Part shown: piece after piece, positions 9,907 through 20,496 of the stretch
How positions within the stretch are numbered: the stretch's first letter is position 1
How the letters are laid out: every line of letters begins with the position of its first letter
Virus record (IMG/VR): IMGVR_UViG_3300029337_000071
Coordinates: 11,801 to 75,800 of that record
Length of the DNA stretch: 64,000 nt
Reading direction: 5' to 3' (one strand)
DNA from: a virus
The notes under the pieces: model-generated
Databases searched by the model: none
The model's input: only the letters and a program-made list of their open reading frames with translations
Told to the model about the DNA's origin: nothing
Position numbers and translations under genes: made by a program

Positions 9907-11466
9907 TTATTTTATTTCTCCATGTCGAGGTCTGCACTGTGCCACTTCACGGAATATACAATGATCTCCTGAAAACTTCAAAAGATATGCAATACCCGTA
10001 TCACTAGAATTATTTCCATTTCTTGTTTTCTCAACAAAAATCATACGCCATACGGCATTAGGATCAGGTTTATATTCTTCTTCTATCCATTTATCATTGA
10101 CTTTTTTTAATCGGAATGGGCGACAATAGAATTTACTTTTTTCATCCAATTCCTCTGGGTATACAGTTCTCATCAGAAATAGATTTTCCAATATTTCCTT
10201 AATCTGTTTAGCATTACTCAAACAGCTCGCATCCAAGAATAATTTTCCTTTCATATACTCTGCCAACTGCACAGAAGCAAGCATAATCAGATTGTATTTC
10301 ATTGCTAATTTGTCTAATTCACGACTATCTCTTACAAGAGATAAGTCTTGTCTTGCAGATGAAAAATCTCCTTCTTGTATCTTAAATGTGTCATATAATA
10401 CAGTGTCATATCCATATCTCAATACATTTTCACGAATTTTTTTCTTTACAACTCGCATGTCAGCATCGTTAATGGAAATAAATTTAACTCTGCCCTTATA
10501 ATTCTCTCTCCAAAATTTCTGTACATCTGTTAACTGTTCTCTGCTTTCAGCATTAATATCGCCAGATGCCATTTTCTTTTTTGTGAGTTTAAAATATCTA
10601 TTACGCTTTCCAAGCAACCAAACCATGAATTTAATCTTGAATTTTTTGATATTCTCCTCATTGGAGATAATAAGAATTTTTCGATCATAATGCAGAAGTG
10701 CCATAAGAATTGTAATCCACCAAGTAGATTTACCTGCACTTGAGAATCCACCCATCATTGTAAGTGTTCCTTCAAGCAATCCCATAATCTGTCGTGATAA
10801 AAACGGAAAACAGTTCATCTCTTCACCATTTTTATCATAGCCAGCAATATCAAATGGTACACCATTTTCTTCGCCATCTTTACAAGACTCTATGAATTCA
10901 TCATCAAAATCAATTTCTTCCTCTTCAAGTATTTTACTGCTATAACCAGTTCCATAACTAGATATACGAGCTTCATACCAATCTGTTACTTCTTCAGCAG
11001 TCATCTTTCTGAACAATTTCAAAGGTATTACCTTTTTATCTCCCACAGTTATTTCCTGCAAAAGATTAAAACCATCCTTATACATATTCAACATAATATT
11101 TTCTCTATATAGAATATCTATATATGTATCAAAATTCTGAGTATTGATAATATCAATTTGGTGTTGAATTGTATCCCAACCACCCCTATCCTCAAATTTC
11201 TCAATAACTTCTTCATTCATATTTGATAAGATGGTTATCTCATCTAAGGAATAAAACCCTTTTTTTCTCAGATTTTTTAACAATGAAAAATAAAAAAGAC
11301 CATCTGCTGTAATAAAATCTTTTTGTTCAAATGTTGTATCATCAAGCAGAAGCATATCCTTGAAAAAACAACTGATAACATTACCTTCATACTCAATTCT
11401 ACCTTTTAATAATTGAGCAGGATATTTTTCTTTTACACCTGTAATAAATTCACTTATGTTAATCAC
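9907..11466 (-). CDS. DnaB-like replicative helicase
   Basis: Walker A MMGGFSSAGKST, Walker B-like VLYDTFK, IMLASVQL (DnaB sensor-like); 519 aa. Confidence 0.5.
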   Translation of the reverse strand: MINISEFITGVKEKYPAQLLKGRIEYEGNVISCFFKDMLLLDDTTFEQKDFITADGLFYFSLLKNLRKKGFYSLDEITILSNMNEEVIEKFEDRGGWDTIQHQIDIINTQNFDTYIDILYRENIMLNMYKDGFNLLQEITVGDKKVIPLKLFRKMTAEEVTDWYEARISSYGTGYSSKILEEEEIDFDDEFIESCKDGEENGVPFDIAGYDKNGEEMNCFPFLSRQIMGLLEGTLTMMGGFSSAGKSTWWITILMALLHYDRKILIISNEENIKKFKIKFMVWLLGKRNRYFKLTKKKMASGDINAESREQLTDVQKFWRENYKGRVKFISINDADMRVVKKKIRENVLRYGYDTVLYDTFKIQEGDFSSARQDLSLVRDSRELDKLAMKYNLIMLASVQLAEYMKGKLFLDASCLSNAKQIKEILENLFLMRTVYPEELDEKSKFYCRPFRLKKVNDKWIEEEYKPDPNAVWRMIFVEKTRNGNNSSDTGIAYLLKFSGDHCIFREVAQCRPRHGEIK

Positions 11467-11938
11467 CTACGCTTTCTTCAATTTCAGATAAACTTCTACG
11501 TTTATTTCTTCTCTTATAATTCATAATTGGCATATCAACTTCAACTTCTCTCGGTTTTTCAGACTCTTTCATTTTAAAGTCAGTCAAATTATTTTTAAGT
11601 ATTGCAGCGAAATACCGAATTTTTGCATATTCACTTACAAAATCCTTTTCAAGAACCCTTGTTATATACTCTTTATTCTCTGTTAGATATGCCAAAATAT
11701 GTTCATAAGAATATACATCTAATAAAAGATTTATCTCTTTGAACAAAGCGGAATTTAAAACTTTATATCCAAATATCTGATTAATACATTCGTATGTATT
11801 ATCTTTTACTTCCTTTTCGTGCAATACTTTCTGATATTCAGATTCATTGCAATAGTAGGTGTTTTTGCCACCTACTACCACTTTGAATGCTTCATTTCTA
11901 TCTACTTTAGTACCACACAGTCTGCATTTAACCAGCAT
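11459..11938 (-). CDS. zinc-ribbon hypothetical protein
   Basis: N-terminal CRLCGTK...YYCNESEY. Confidence 0.45.
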   Translation of the reverse strand: MLVKCRLCGTKVDRNEAFKVVVGGKNTYYCNESEYQKVLHEKEVKDNTYECINQIFGYKVLNSALFKEINLLLDVYSYEHILAYLTENKEYITRVLEKDFVSEYAKIRYFAAILKNNLTDFKMKESEKPREVEVDMPIMNYKRRNKRRSLSEIEESVGD

Positions 11939-11950
11939 GTGTTACTCCTT

Positions 11951-13096
11951 TTAGTTCATCATGTCGTAGATTCTCTTTAATCCGTCCTCATTGACATCAT
12001 TAAGCTTGCCATACTCAGCAATTACATTCTTAACAGATGCCTTTAGTTCTGCATCTTTGCACTCCTTGTACATCTTACGAATAACAGCATCTAAATCATC
12101 TGGATATGCAGAAGTTTCTGTTGTCTCTTCGATTGTATCCTCTACGGGTGTGTCGATATCATCAATATCGTCTTCCTCAATAGGATCAGGTTCAGTAACC
12201 TTTTCTTCCTTAACTGGCGTTGTCTTCTTAGGGGTAGACTTCTTACCGATAGTAGACTTTGACTTTTCCATACCTTCCTCGACTACTCTAATAAAATCAG
12301 CCGCCATATTAGGCTTATCAAATACCATATATTCTGGCACTGCACCATCTGCAAAACGTCCACCTGCATCAATAAGTGTTGTTCCTCTAAAATAAAGTTT
12401 ACGAACTGTATCTGTTGCATACTTCTTTACTTTATCCCCAACCTTCTTTTCTTCAAGGTCACGATCAATAACACCTGTAAGAGTTACATCAAAAATGTCA
12501 CCAAAAGCAGCTTCATAATCTGCTCCCATATTTGAAGATAACTGCATATATCCATCCTCTTCAAGACCACCCTTTTCCTTAATTGTCTTAAATTTAGTAT
12601 GTGCAATTACCCATACACCAAAACCTGCATCTTCAAGCTTTGTCATATAAGGCTTAATAATATCATTTGCAGAATACTTCTCTCCTGCTGTATATCCACC
12701 AAATGCAGCCTTAATTGACTTACACTTCTTGTTAGGATTTTCAACATTGCTTTGACGAATAGTTTCTGTATCTGCAATAAGTGCAAGCTCATCACCAGTA
12801 TCAAAAGCTACCATTTCAATATTGTGTTCCTTACCCTTCTCGTTAATTAACCAATCAGCTAATTCCTGTAAATCCTTATATGTCTTAACCTGAGTAGCAT
12901 TCAGATTATCAAGCATCTTATAACCTTTCTCATTTCCACAACCTACAAGCAAACCTCTTGATGGATCTCCATACTTTTCAAGAATTACATCTCTAAATAA
13001 TGTTGACTTGCCGAATTTCTTTGTACTCCTAAGATAGATTGATAAGTTCTTAATATCTGGTTTAATTACATTAATTGTTGGTTTCTGAAATGCCAT
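11951..13096 (-). CDS. AAA_24 (Sak4-like) recombination ATPase with acidic C-terminal extension
   Basis: Walker A STKKFGKSTL near the N-terminus and Walker B MVAFDTGDEL, typical of phage Sak4/AAA_24. Confidence 0.55.
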   Translation of the reverse strand: MAFQKPTINVIKPDIKNLSIYLRSTKKFGKSTLFRDVILEKYGDPSRGLLVGCGNEKGYKMLDNLNATQVKTYKDLQELADWLINEKGKEHNIEMVAFDTGDELALIADTETIRQSNVENPNKKCKSIKAAFGGYTAGEKYSANDIIKPYMTKLEDAGFGVWVIAHTKFKTIKEKGGLEEDGYMQLSSNMGADYEAAFGDIFDVTLTGVIDRDLEEKKVGDKVKKYATDTVRKLYFRGTTLIDAGGRFADGAVPEYMVFDKPNMAADFIRVVEEGMEKSKSTIGKKSTPKKTTPVKEEKVTEPDPIEEDDIDDIDTPVEDTIEETTETSAYPDDLDAVIRKMYKECKDAELKASVKNVIAEYGKLNDVNEDGLKRIYDMMN

Positions 13097-13141
13097 ATGT
13101 ATATCTCCTTTTAAATAATCATATTTTTATTTGTTATTATC

Positions 13142-13169
13142 GAGAGAGGGGCATTTGCCCTCATCTCTT
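13142..13169 (-). terminator. GC-rich hairpin (GAGGGCAAATGCCCCTC) immediately downstream of the 403-aa gene
   Basis: A GC stem-loop seen directly in an otherwise AT-rich region, with a T-rich flank. Confidence 0.35.
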
Positions 13170-14381
13170 TTAAAGTTCATCATCGTCATCTTCAAAGAGG
13201 TCTTCTGTTCCTTCTGGAAGCTCCTCTTCAAGTGGCTTAATTACCATATCATCTTCTGTATATACCGTGTCCTGTCTGCCCTTAGTGAATCCCTTTGCTG
13301 ACTTTAAGAACTGATACTCTCTAATTCTTTCACCATACACACTTCCACCAAGTTCTGCACGAATATCATCCATAGTAATAAGACCACACTCTAAGTCATC
13401 CTTCTGTTCATCAGTAAGCATGTCCTCTGTAATCTCTGTCTTTTGAGCACCATTAAGCATATTAACGACTGCACCATATTCCTTGAACGTATCATCATCA
13501 ACAATAAATTTATGCTTGATTGACTCTGCTCTCTTCTTAGCCTTTTCATCAGCATCATCTGAAGGAACTGGAATTGTAATTGTAACTGGCACAGCAATAT
13601 TACCCTTACGATTATTGTCATATTCCATCATGTATCCATTCACATAATACTTCCCCTTCTCTTCTACACTCATATCATCTAAACTCTCTGAGTTAAATAA
13701 GACATTAATTGTAGCTGTTGAACTCTCTTCTGCATCGTCTGCTGCGAGATAAATACGATTAGGAACATATGATTCATAAACTCTCTGATTTTTGTCTGAA
13801 TACTGATACTCGCCATTTCCACGAATGAAGAACTTCTTATCAGAATACTCTCCACTATCAATAACCTTCTTAATAAAGTCGATGAAATCCCATTCTGAAA
13901 TAAATTCATGTCTTCTTTTGTTACTCTTTTCAAGCTCCGCATTTACATCTGCTTCATTCTCAAGACCAATCTCTTTTAACTCTTCATCAGTAAGGTTTGT
14001 TCCTTCCTTAACCTTTTCAGCAGCCTTTTCAAGCTTATATCTACGACCTGGCTTTTCAAGATCAAAGATGAACTTCTTGAACTCTGCAACTTCTGCTAAT
14101 TTTGATGATGTAAGTCTCTCCTTAAATGGAATCTTTAATGATTCACCTTTAACCTTATTGCCATTTTCATCTACACCACTCTTAGAAAATGTGTACACAT
14201 CACCATGACCATCCGCAAAAGCACCTGATGTAACAGTCATCATATGTCTGTTATCTCCACAAGCTACATTAAACATTAACTGCTTGCGTACCCAACCAGA
14301 ATCAAACTGCTTTTCCTGATAAGGATGGAACTTTTCACTCTCCTTACCGATACTTAACTTTCCTGTCATTTCAAAATTCAT
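13170..14381 (-). CDS. hypothetical protein with acidic C-terminal tail (possible ssDNA-binding/annealing partner of Sak4)
   Basis: 403 aa; C-terminus EDLFEDDDDEL resembles SSB tails; located upstream of the Sak4-like gene. Confidence 0.4.
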   Translation of the reverse strand: MNFEMTGKLSIGKESEKFHPYQEKQFDSGWVRKQLMFNVACGDNRHMMTVTSGAFADGHGDVYTFSKSGVDENGNKVKGESLKIPFKERLTSSKLAEVAEFKKFIFDLEKPGRRYKLEKAAEKVKEGTNLTDEELKEIGLENEADVNAELEKSNKRRHEFISEWDFIDFIKKVIDSGEYSDKKFFIRGNGEYQYSDKNQRVYESYVPNRIYLAADDAEESSTATINVLFNSESLDDMSVEEKGKYYVNGYMMEYDNNRKGNIAVPVTITIPVPSDDADEKAKKRAESIKHKFIVDDDTFKEYGAVVNMLNGAQKTEITEDMLTDEQKDDLECGLITMDDIRAELGGSVYGERIREYQFLKSAKGFTKGRQDTVYTEDDMVIKPLEEELPEGTEDLFEDDDDEL

Positions 14382-14420
14382 TAAATGAATCCTCCTTATA
14401 TGTAAATAATTTTTGATAAC

Positions 14421-14448
14421 TTATATATAAACGCCCTTCTCAGGACGG
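14421..14448 (-). terminator. hairpin CCGUCCUGAGAAGGGCG followed by a U-tract
   Basis: GC-rich stem plus TTTATATATAA on the minus strand, between genes. Confidence 0.35.
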
Positions 14449-14599
14449 AACATAGAGATTAAATCTATATAAAATCTATATTCAACAGTGATTTTTGAGC
14501 GCAAAAGCCCAAGGGTATGCTGTTCTTTCACCCATTCATATATTCACTATTCAGTTATTTGTTTTGGAATTTTTGAACTGAATTGTTCAAGACTAATTA

Positions 14600-15034
14600 C
14601 TAAGCAGTAATCTTTACTTTTATAAGTCTATATGGCTGATAAGCGTTTGGATATTTCTCTCTATCCACTTTACTGATAAACATATCATATGGTCTAGTCC
14701 ATACTCTCTGATCCTTTAAGCTCTGATATACAACCATCTTTTCTTCTGTTTCTGTATTAGTTCCAATAGCAACAATCTTATAGAAATCACCTTTGAAATG
14801 TTGTACTGTGTCTCCTGGTTGAAAATCTCTATCATACATGAATACACCATTTGATTCCATATGTCCCAATATCTGAACATTCATTGTGATAAATTCACCA
14901 TGTTTCAGAAGTTCTTCCTTTTTAATAAATACAATTTTATCAACTAAATAACCATCCTCTTTTTCTTCACAAGTAACTGTCTGCCCTGACTTCCAATTAT
15001 TTGCAAAGTCTTCATTAAATCTAAATTCTGTCAC
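14600..15034 (-). CDS. DUF1653-family protein
   Basis: VQHFKGDFYKIV...MVVYQSLKDQRVWTRPYDMF matches the DUF1653 signature. Confidence 0.45.
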   Translation of the reverse strand: MTEFRFNEDFANNWKSGQTVTCEEKEDGYLVDKIVFIKKEELLKHGEFITMNVQILGHMESNGVFMYDRDFQPGDTVQHFKGDFYKIVAIGTNTETEEKMVVYQSLKDQRVWTRPYDMFISKVDREKYPNAYQPYRLIKVKITA

Positions 15035-15095
15035 TTTCTCACCTCCTAATAACCAATGAAACAGTGAATTACTTCACTTACTTATTCTCCCGTTT

Positions 15096-15308
15096 TTAAG
15101 ATAAACTTTCTTCAACCAATATATTTAATTTTTTCCAACAAGGAATACATATATGGAATGGTTGACTTTGTAATCTGAACGATTTTAGATATATGATCTT
15201 TTCATTATTTAATTCTTTATCACAAATTTTACATCTACATTTTTTAGTATTTCTTACTTCAAATTCGTTAAATTCATGTATAAAACTTTTATCCATTTTT
15301 CCCTCCAT
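15096..15308 (-). CDS. zinc-ribbon protein (70 aa)
   Basis: CRCKICDKEL...CIPCWKKL. Confidence 0.4.
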   Translation of the reverse strand: MEGKMDKSFIHEFNEFEVRNTKKCRCKICDKELNNEKIIYLKSFRLQSQPFHICIPCWKKLNILVEESLS

Positions 15309-15382
15309 ATATGTTTATTCTCTATTCGATTTTCATTTTTATTGGAAATTGTGATTCGAACGAATCATAGATAATTCAAATT

Positions 15383-15766
15383 TTACTTGTTAAATAAATA
15401 TTCATCACATTTAAATCCGTTTTTATTTAACCAATCAGCTACTAAATGACGATGGCAAAAATCTGTAGGTTTTTCATAGCAAATCAAAGCAATATCATTT
15501 TCTCCAACATTATATCCATAGCAAATTCTTGAAAAATCTAAGACAACATCAGTAGCGTTTAATTTATTTAATACCTGTTCATTAAAGCACTTTATGTAAT
15601 AGTCATTATCATGATTTTCTTTCCACTTCATAAAGAAGTCATATTTGGGTGCAAGTTTCTTATACTGTAACCCTGCGTACCAATTAGGTGCTTTTCCGCA
15701 AATCGAAATTGGGACTATATTATCTGGTAACGATTTAAGTTTTGCAAAATAACTTGTATATATCAC
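15383..15766 (-). CDS. DUF488-family protein
   Basis: YTSYFAKLKSLP...LAPKYDFFMKWKE...LICYEKPTDFCHRHLVADWL matches DUF488 (CHR..la.wl). Confidence 0.55.
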   Translation of the reverse strand: MIYTSYFAKLKSLPDNIVPISICGKAPNWYAGLQYKKLAPKYDFFMKWKENHDNDYYIKCFNEQVLNKLNATDVVLDFSRICYGYNVGENDIALICYEKPTDFCHRHLVADWLNKNGFKCDEYLFNK

Positions 15767-15780
15767 ATTCTCACCTCCAA

Positions 15781-16209
15781 CTATATATTCTCTGTTTCAG
15801 GTTCTTCTAAAACCGCAATGCTTAAAGTTCCTGTATCACAATTTCTACCCATTCTTGTCTTAAATCCAAGTTTATTCAACTCTTTGTCTAATTCGTATAG
15901 ATCGTTCTCATCTGTACTGTAAATCTTACTACCCTTACAAATCTCGACAGCTCTTACATAATTTTTATCTCGCCAAGCCGAACTAATATACAACCATTGG
16001 TCTGTATCTACTTTAGATATTTTATTTCGTGGAACTATTGTGAATGGTTTAAGAACTTCTTCGATTTCATCTCTATGTTCTATGTAATTATCTACTGGAT
16101 CTCGTATCAAATTAAGAAACGCCCTACGACCTCTTTTATATTCCATAATAATATTCTCCAATCTGCACCAAGAAATGTCAGTTTCATTCGGTCTTGATTT
16201 CCATACCAT
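15781..16209 (-). CDS. hypothetical protein (142 aa)
   Basis: ORF in the operon. Confidence 0.45.
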   Translation of the reverse strand: MVWKSRPNETDISWCRLENIIMEYKRGRRAFLNLIRDPVDNYIEHRDEIEEVLKPFTIVPRNKISKVDTDQWLYISSAWRDKNYVRAVEICKGSKIYSTDENDLYELDKELNKLGFKTRMGRNCDTGTLSIAVLEEPETENI

Positions 16210-16295
16210 ATATAGTGTTTGTTGTGCTTTACGCTCACTATATATGGTATGTTATTTACTCTTCACCAATAAATACCAATCTATCAATATATTCT

Positions 16296-16571
16296 CTACT
16301 TTTCAGAAGATTTCTTTAAGTCTGTTAATGCATAATCTAAATCCTTAACCGTCTGAATAGCTTCCTTCATACTATTCATACCAGCAACAGCACTTGAAAA
16401 AGCTTTAATACTTTCAAACTCCATCTCTGAAATAGTCTTTAAAACATCGACCAATTTCATATTGCCAATTCCAGATACCTTTGCTGCATTTTCGATTGTT
16501 TCTTCTTCATTGACAAGTAAATCAATAAACTGTCTTACCTTATTATTCTCCATCGTGTTTAACTCCTTCAT
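16296..16571 (-). CDS. hypothetical protein (91 aa)
   Basis: ORF. Confidence 0.4.
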   Translation of the reverse strand: MKELNTMENNKVRQFIDLLVNEEETIENAAKVSGIGNMKLVDVLKTISEMEFESIKAFSSAVAGMNSMKEAIQTVKDLDYALTDLKKSSEK

Positions 16572-16725
16572 ATATTCTTTTTAATCTTTCTTTGCATTCC
16601 TTACTTGGATAACCAGAATTAGATAAAGCTAGTTTTATCCATTCTATCGTCTGTTTATCTACTTGTTCTTTGTCAAGTTCAGCATCTTTTACTTCACCAT
16701 CATAAGACTCGTCATACTTCTTCAT
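16543..16725 (-). CDS. hypothetical protein (60 aa)
   Basis: ORF overlapping the downstream gene. Confidence 0.35.
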   Translation of the reverse strand: MKKYDESYDGEVKDAELDKEQVDKQTIEWIKLALSNSGYPSKECKERLKRIYEGVKHDGE

Positions 16726-16799
16726 TTCTTCAACTAAGTAATTTGATACATCTTCGATACTTGGATATTTTTCGATATGTCATGCACCTCCCTAATAAG

Positions 16800-17240
16800 T
16801 TATTCTCCATACTTTTCAAATAATTCTGCCATTGTCATATCATTGTATTTTGCAAGATCCACACAACAAGCACATACATTTTTAGGTTGCGATGCTCCAA
16901 TTCCATAGCATAGATAATCAGTCAATTTAGCATACTGAAAATTTTCATATTCTCCTCTTGTATTCCAACCTACCATTTCTTCACCACTAATAATGAATTT
17001 TGTATCAGGAACACTAAGTACACTGCCATTACACTGTCTCCACCATGCCTCTTCACCTGCTAATTTAACAAATTCATCTTCTGACATATCACACATCTTA
17101 TTAAATAGGTTTTTAGATATTTCCCATACCTCATATCTATTCCCAGCATATGTAATTTCAGCATCATTTGGTGGATTATCTACAATGTCAAAAAATCTTT
17201 TTAATTTATTTCCTAAAATCTCCATTATTTTACCTCTCAA
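16800..17240 (-). CDS. hypothetical protein (146 aa)
   Basis: ORF. Confidence 0.45.
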   Translation of the reverse strand: MRGKIMEILGNKLKRFFDIVDNPPNDAEITYAGNRYEVWEISKNLFNKMCDMSEDEFVKLAGEEAWWRQCNGSVLSVPDTKFIISGEEMVGWNTRGEYENFQYAKLTDYLCYGIGASQPKNVCACCVDLAKYNDMTMAELFEKYGE

Positions 17241-17821
17241 GGAAACCGATATTTATTCTTTGATTCAAATTCTTCAAGTGCTTTATAAAATTCACTGCCT
17301 TTAATTTCTATAAAGCCTGTACTATCATCTGGTGTAATAGTTTCATATTTTGTTGTAGAAATTTTTAAATATAATTTATTCTCATGTTCAAATCTTGAAA
17401 TTGAATATCCCCCAAAATGTAATTCTTTGAAATAATCTCCTTCTTGAATTGGATGATTATTAATAACAATTTCTTTTTCAACGCACAAATCCTGGAACTC
17501 TTTTGATGTTTTGCTATTGGCTCTAAATTTTCTCATTAATACATTAGAATCGCAGAATAACTTAGTTGGTTTTAGTAATTCCTTACCAAATTTCTGATTG
17601 TTTTCATCGCAATGGGCAATATATAATCTAATATTATGTTTCTCATGCTCTTTAAATGGACAATTTACAAATCCATCTCCACTAATATGATATTCTTTTC
17701 CAGCAATACCTTTATTCTCAAAAAAATTATTTACTAATATTCTTCTTTCTTCCTCATGTTTTCTATAATCATCAATCTCTTTGAGGAATTTCTCATTTGT
17801 TACAATATAAAATTTCTCCAT
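17237..17821 (-). CDS. hypothetical protein (194 aa)
   Basis: ORF with a 4-nt overlap onto the downstream gene. Confidence 0.45.
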   Translation of the reverse strand: MEKFYIVTNEKFLKEIDDYRKHEEERRILVNNFFENKGIAGKEYHISGDGFVNCPFKEHEKHNIRLYIAHCDENNQKFGKELLKPTKLFCDSNVLMRKFRANSKTSKEFQDLCVEKEIVINNHPIQEGDYFKELHFGGYSISRFEHENKLYLKISTTKYETITPDDSTGFIEIKGSEFYKALEEFESKNKYRFP

Positions 17822-17866
17822 TTTTTATCTCCACATTTCCACAAGAATCGAATCATTCTTATTAAT

Positions 17867-18154
17867 TTATTCTCTCAATCCATCCAATACTCTCATCAAA
17901 ACGTGTCTTGTAAGTTTTTTAACATCACCACTGTACAATCCACATTCAATGTCACAAGCCTTTAGAACTTCATCAAGAGTTTTATTCTTCTCTTCACTTA
18001 GTAACCTCTTACAGTTCTCATATTCAATATCATTTGTCTCATGAGCATTTCTAAGATTACTTTCTAAGCAGCGAATAATATCAATTAGTTCATCTTTTGT
18101 CATAGATTTTAATGTACTGTCGGAATATGTTTTTCTTCCATCACCTATTGACAT
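17867..18154 (-). CDS. hypothetical protein (95 aa)
   Basis: ORF. Confidence 0.4.
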   Translation of the reverse strand: MSIGDGRKTYSDSTLKSMTKDELIDIIRCLESNLRNAHETNDIEYENCKRLLSEEKNKTLDEVLKACDIECGLYSGDVKKLTRHVLMRVLDGLRE

Positions 18155-18417
18155 GTTCCACCTGCCTTTACTATCTCAATCGCCTTTTCAAGAGGAATAA
18201 GATAATTATTGCTGTTGCCACTTCCATACAGTTTTACAGAAGAGTCCGTTTTCAACTGTCCTACAACACCATCAATATAATAAGCTGTTGATTGGTCTTT
18301 TATGTCTCTATAATCTAACACATAGTTACTACACTCTTGGCAGTGTGATATATCTCCTGAACAATCACCTTCATAGTTGCAATAAAAACTCAACTTATCT
18401 GCATCAATTAATCTCAT
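18145..18417 (-). CDS. Cys-rich hypothetical protein (90 aa)
   Basis: ORF. Confidence 0.4.
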   Translation of the reverse strand: MRLIDADKLSFYCNYEGDCSGDISHCQECSNYVLDYRDIKDQSTAYYIDGVVGQLKTDSSVKLYGSGNSNNYLIPLEKAIEIVKAGGTCQ

Positions 18418-18427
18418 TTTATTTCTC

Positions 18428-18622
18428 CTATTTGTAATCTTCTGGATGTTCTTTATAGTTATCTACCACGCTTTTCATATAACTAAAATAATCTCTTACA
18501 GAATCACTACTATCAGAAAATCCACTTGTCACTTCGTATCCATTATCGAACACTGCAAAGGTTAAGAAACCTGAGCTATCTAGTCCTACTTCTATGTCAC
18601 AGCCTTTATATTTACCTTTCAT
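18428..18622 (-). CDS. hypothetical protein (64 aa)
   Basis: ORF. Confidence 0.35.
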   Translation of the reverse strand: MKGKYKGCDIEVGLDSSGFLTFAVFDNGYEVTSGFSDSSDSVRDYFSYMKSVVDNYKEHPEDYK

Positions 18623-18786
18623 GATGTTATTCTCCTAATCATCCTTATCTATAATGAACCAATATAAGAAACTTAAAAGTGTAAAAATGATTCCAAGTAT
18701 CTTATTTTCTGCTTGATATGAATACATCGTTACACCACTACAGAACCATACCAAAAGAAATGCGATTGCTTGTCTATAATACTTTT

Positions 18787-19017
18787 TCATTTCACACCTC
18801 CAATTTTCTCAGCTACTTTTGCCTCACATATTCCACAAATGCAGCCATTTTTCTCATCATACTTTTCAAGTTCACTAATGAGATTACTACAACACCAGCT
18901 TGATTCATTAAGATGAAACTCAATCATGTCGTCATCCCAATCCGAAGGAAAATCCATTGGTAGATTTATTATCCACTGTATGGTTTTGGTCTGTCTATCT
19001 GCCATATTATTCTCCAA
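18787..19017 (-). CDS. Cys-rich hypothetical protein (76 aa)
   Basis: ORF. Confidence 0.4.
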   Translation of the reverse strand: MENNMADRQTKTIQWIINLPMDFPSDWDDDMIEFHLNESSWCCSNLISELEKYDEKNGCICGICEAKVAEKIGGVK

Positions 19018-19324
19018 TTTCTATCTTCTGACCGATAAACTTCTGAAGCTGTTCATTTACATCATCAGGATAAGTTTTCACAACATAATCAGCGCAAACA
19101 TGAATTTTTGTAATAATCTTATTCTCATCATACTCAATACTTCCAAGTGTTCCACCTGGAATTCTGATAGGCAAACAACTATTCTCATAATCACAAAGCA
19201 CATAATGTTTCCAATGTCCATTAGGATCAAGTCTAGCAAGTTTATCCAGCTCTGTTGTGATTTCACAATAATATTCATTCATTTTTGAATATCTTGAATT
19301 CGCATATTTGTTAATCAGCTTCAT
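19007..19324 (-). CDS. hypothetical protein (105 aa)
   Basis: ORF. Confidence 0.4.
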   Translation of the reverse strand: MKLINKYANSRYSKMNEYYCEITTELDKLARLDPNGHWKHYVLCDYENSCLPIRIPGGTLGSIEYDENKIITKIHVCADYVVKTYPDDVNEQLQKFIGQKIEIGE

Positions 19325-19361
19325 AATGTTATTCTCCTAACTATGTTCATATATTTGTTGT

Positions 19362-19640
19362 TTATATCTTGATTTTATATACTCTGATTGGTTCTCCTTC
19401 ACTTTTATTGCTTTCTTGTGGATAATACGTATTACCAACCCATTTAAATTTTAAATAGACCAACTCAAAATCGTTTTTATCAATACTACACTTTTCAAGT
19501 AATCCATGAAAATTTTTACTCAGCCTAAAACAAGTTTCTACATCATTGTCTTTGTACCAATTCATATTTATCAAAAATTGCGTTCTGTCATTACTAATAC
19601 CACTATAAAAATTTCTCATTCGCACCTCCAATCTATCCAA
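19362..19640 (-). CDS. hypothetical protein (92 aa)
   Basis: ORF. Confidence 0.4.
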   Translation of the reverse strand: MDRLEVRMRNFYSGISNDRTQFLINMNWYKDNDVETCFRLSKNFHGLLEKCSIDKNDFELVYLKFKWVGNTYYPQESNKSEGEPIRVYKIKI

Positions 19641-19707
19641 AGGAAAGAAAAATTTCCTTCGACTTTTGAGATTTTAAAAGCCTTATTTTTCAAGGCTTTC
19701 GTGACCT

Positions 19708-20484
19708 CTAATTATTTATTCTCTGTTTTGCAATATCAAAATACTTTTCATCAAGCTCAATTCCGATAAACTTACGTTTATTATTCATACATGCTACACC
19801 TGTCGTTCCACTTCCCATACAAAAATCAAGCACAACATCTTCCTCATTTGAGAATGTTTTTACAAGATAATCCATTAAAAGCAATGGTTTTTGTGTTTCG
19901 TGAACTCTAATATCAATATCTGGACTATATGTTTTGGATTTAGCTGCCGTGATAGGACATTTATATGCTACTACGCTGATTGGATTTCTTGTTCCATCAT
20001 CAGGTTTTCTATTGCGTTTCATATTCCCATAAACATTATTTGTTTCACCATAAATACTCATTGTTTTTCTCTGTGTTAAAAACTCTTTTTCTTTAACTTC
20101 CCATTTCTGAGGATTGTATGTATATTTACCATTCTTAGCAAATACAATGATATTTTCGTGGACTTTCAAATGCTTCTGTTTATATTGCATACCACTCGCA
20201 GATTTATTTTTAAGCCAAATTATCTCTTCTCTAAAATTGTTGATATTGGAATTTATTAATTTTGAAGTAAATGGTTGGCTAGAAAATAGAACGATTGGCG
20301 AATCATCGTATGTGATTTTATAAAGCAAATCCCACATCTTATCAAATGGAATTACTTCATCCCAAGAACAAGCTGTTGTTCCGTATGGGATATCACATAT
20401 GACTGAATTTACTTTTACACCGTCATCAATTAGTTCTTGTAGTTTTACAAGACAATCTCCTTGCCATAATTCAATATTTTGCAT
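19708..20484 (-). CDS. DNA methyltransferase, beta class (N6-adenine or N4-cytosine; motif IV before motif I)
   Basis: VICDIPYGTT (DPPY-like motif IV) lies upstream of FCMGSGTTGVA (FxGxG motif I). Paralog of 36642..37400. Confidence 0.6.
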   Translation of the reverse strand: MQNIELWQGDCLVKLQELIDDGVKVNSVICDIPYGTTACSWDEVIPFDKMWDLLYKITYDDSPIVLFSSQPFTSKLINSNINNFREEIIWLKNKSASGMQYKQKHLKVHENIIVFAKNGKYTYNPQKWEVKEKEFLTQRKTMSIYGETNNVYGNMKRNRKPDDGTRNPISVVAYKCPITAAKSKTYSPDIDIRVHETQKPLLLMDYLVKTFSNEEDVVLDFCMGSGTTGVACMNNKRKFIGIELDEKYFDIAKQRINN

Positions 20485-20496
20485 TTATCTATTCAA

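Noticed and set aside
13391-13942. Minus-strand ORFs 13391-13621 and 13679-13942
   Set aside because: They lie in alternative frames inside the 403-aa gene, and their Leu/Met/Arg-rich composition is typical of out-of-frame translation.
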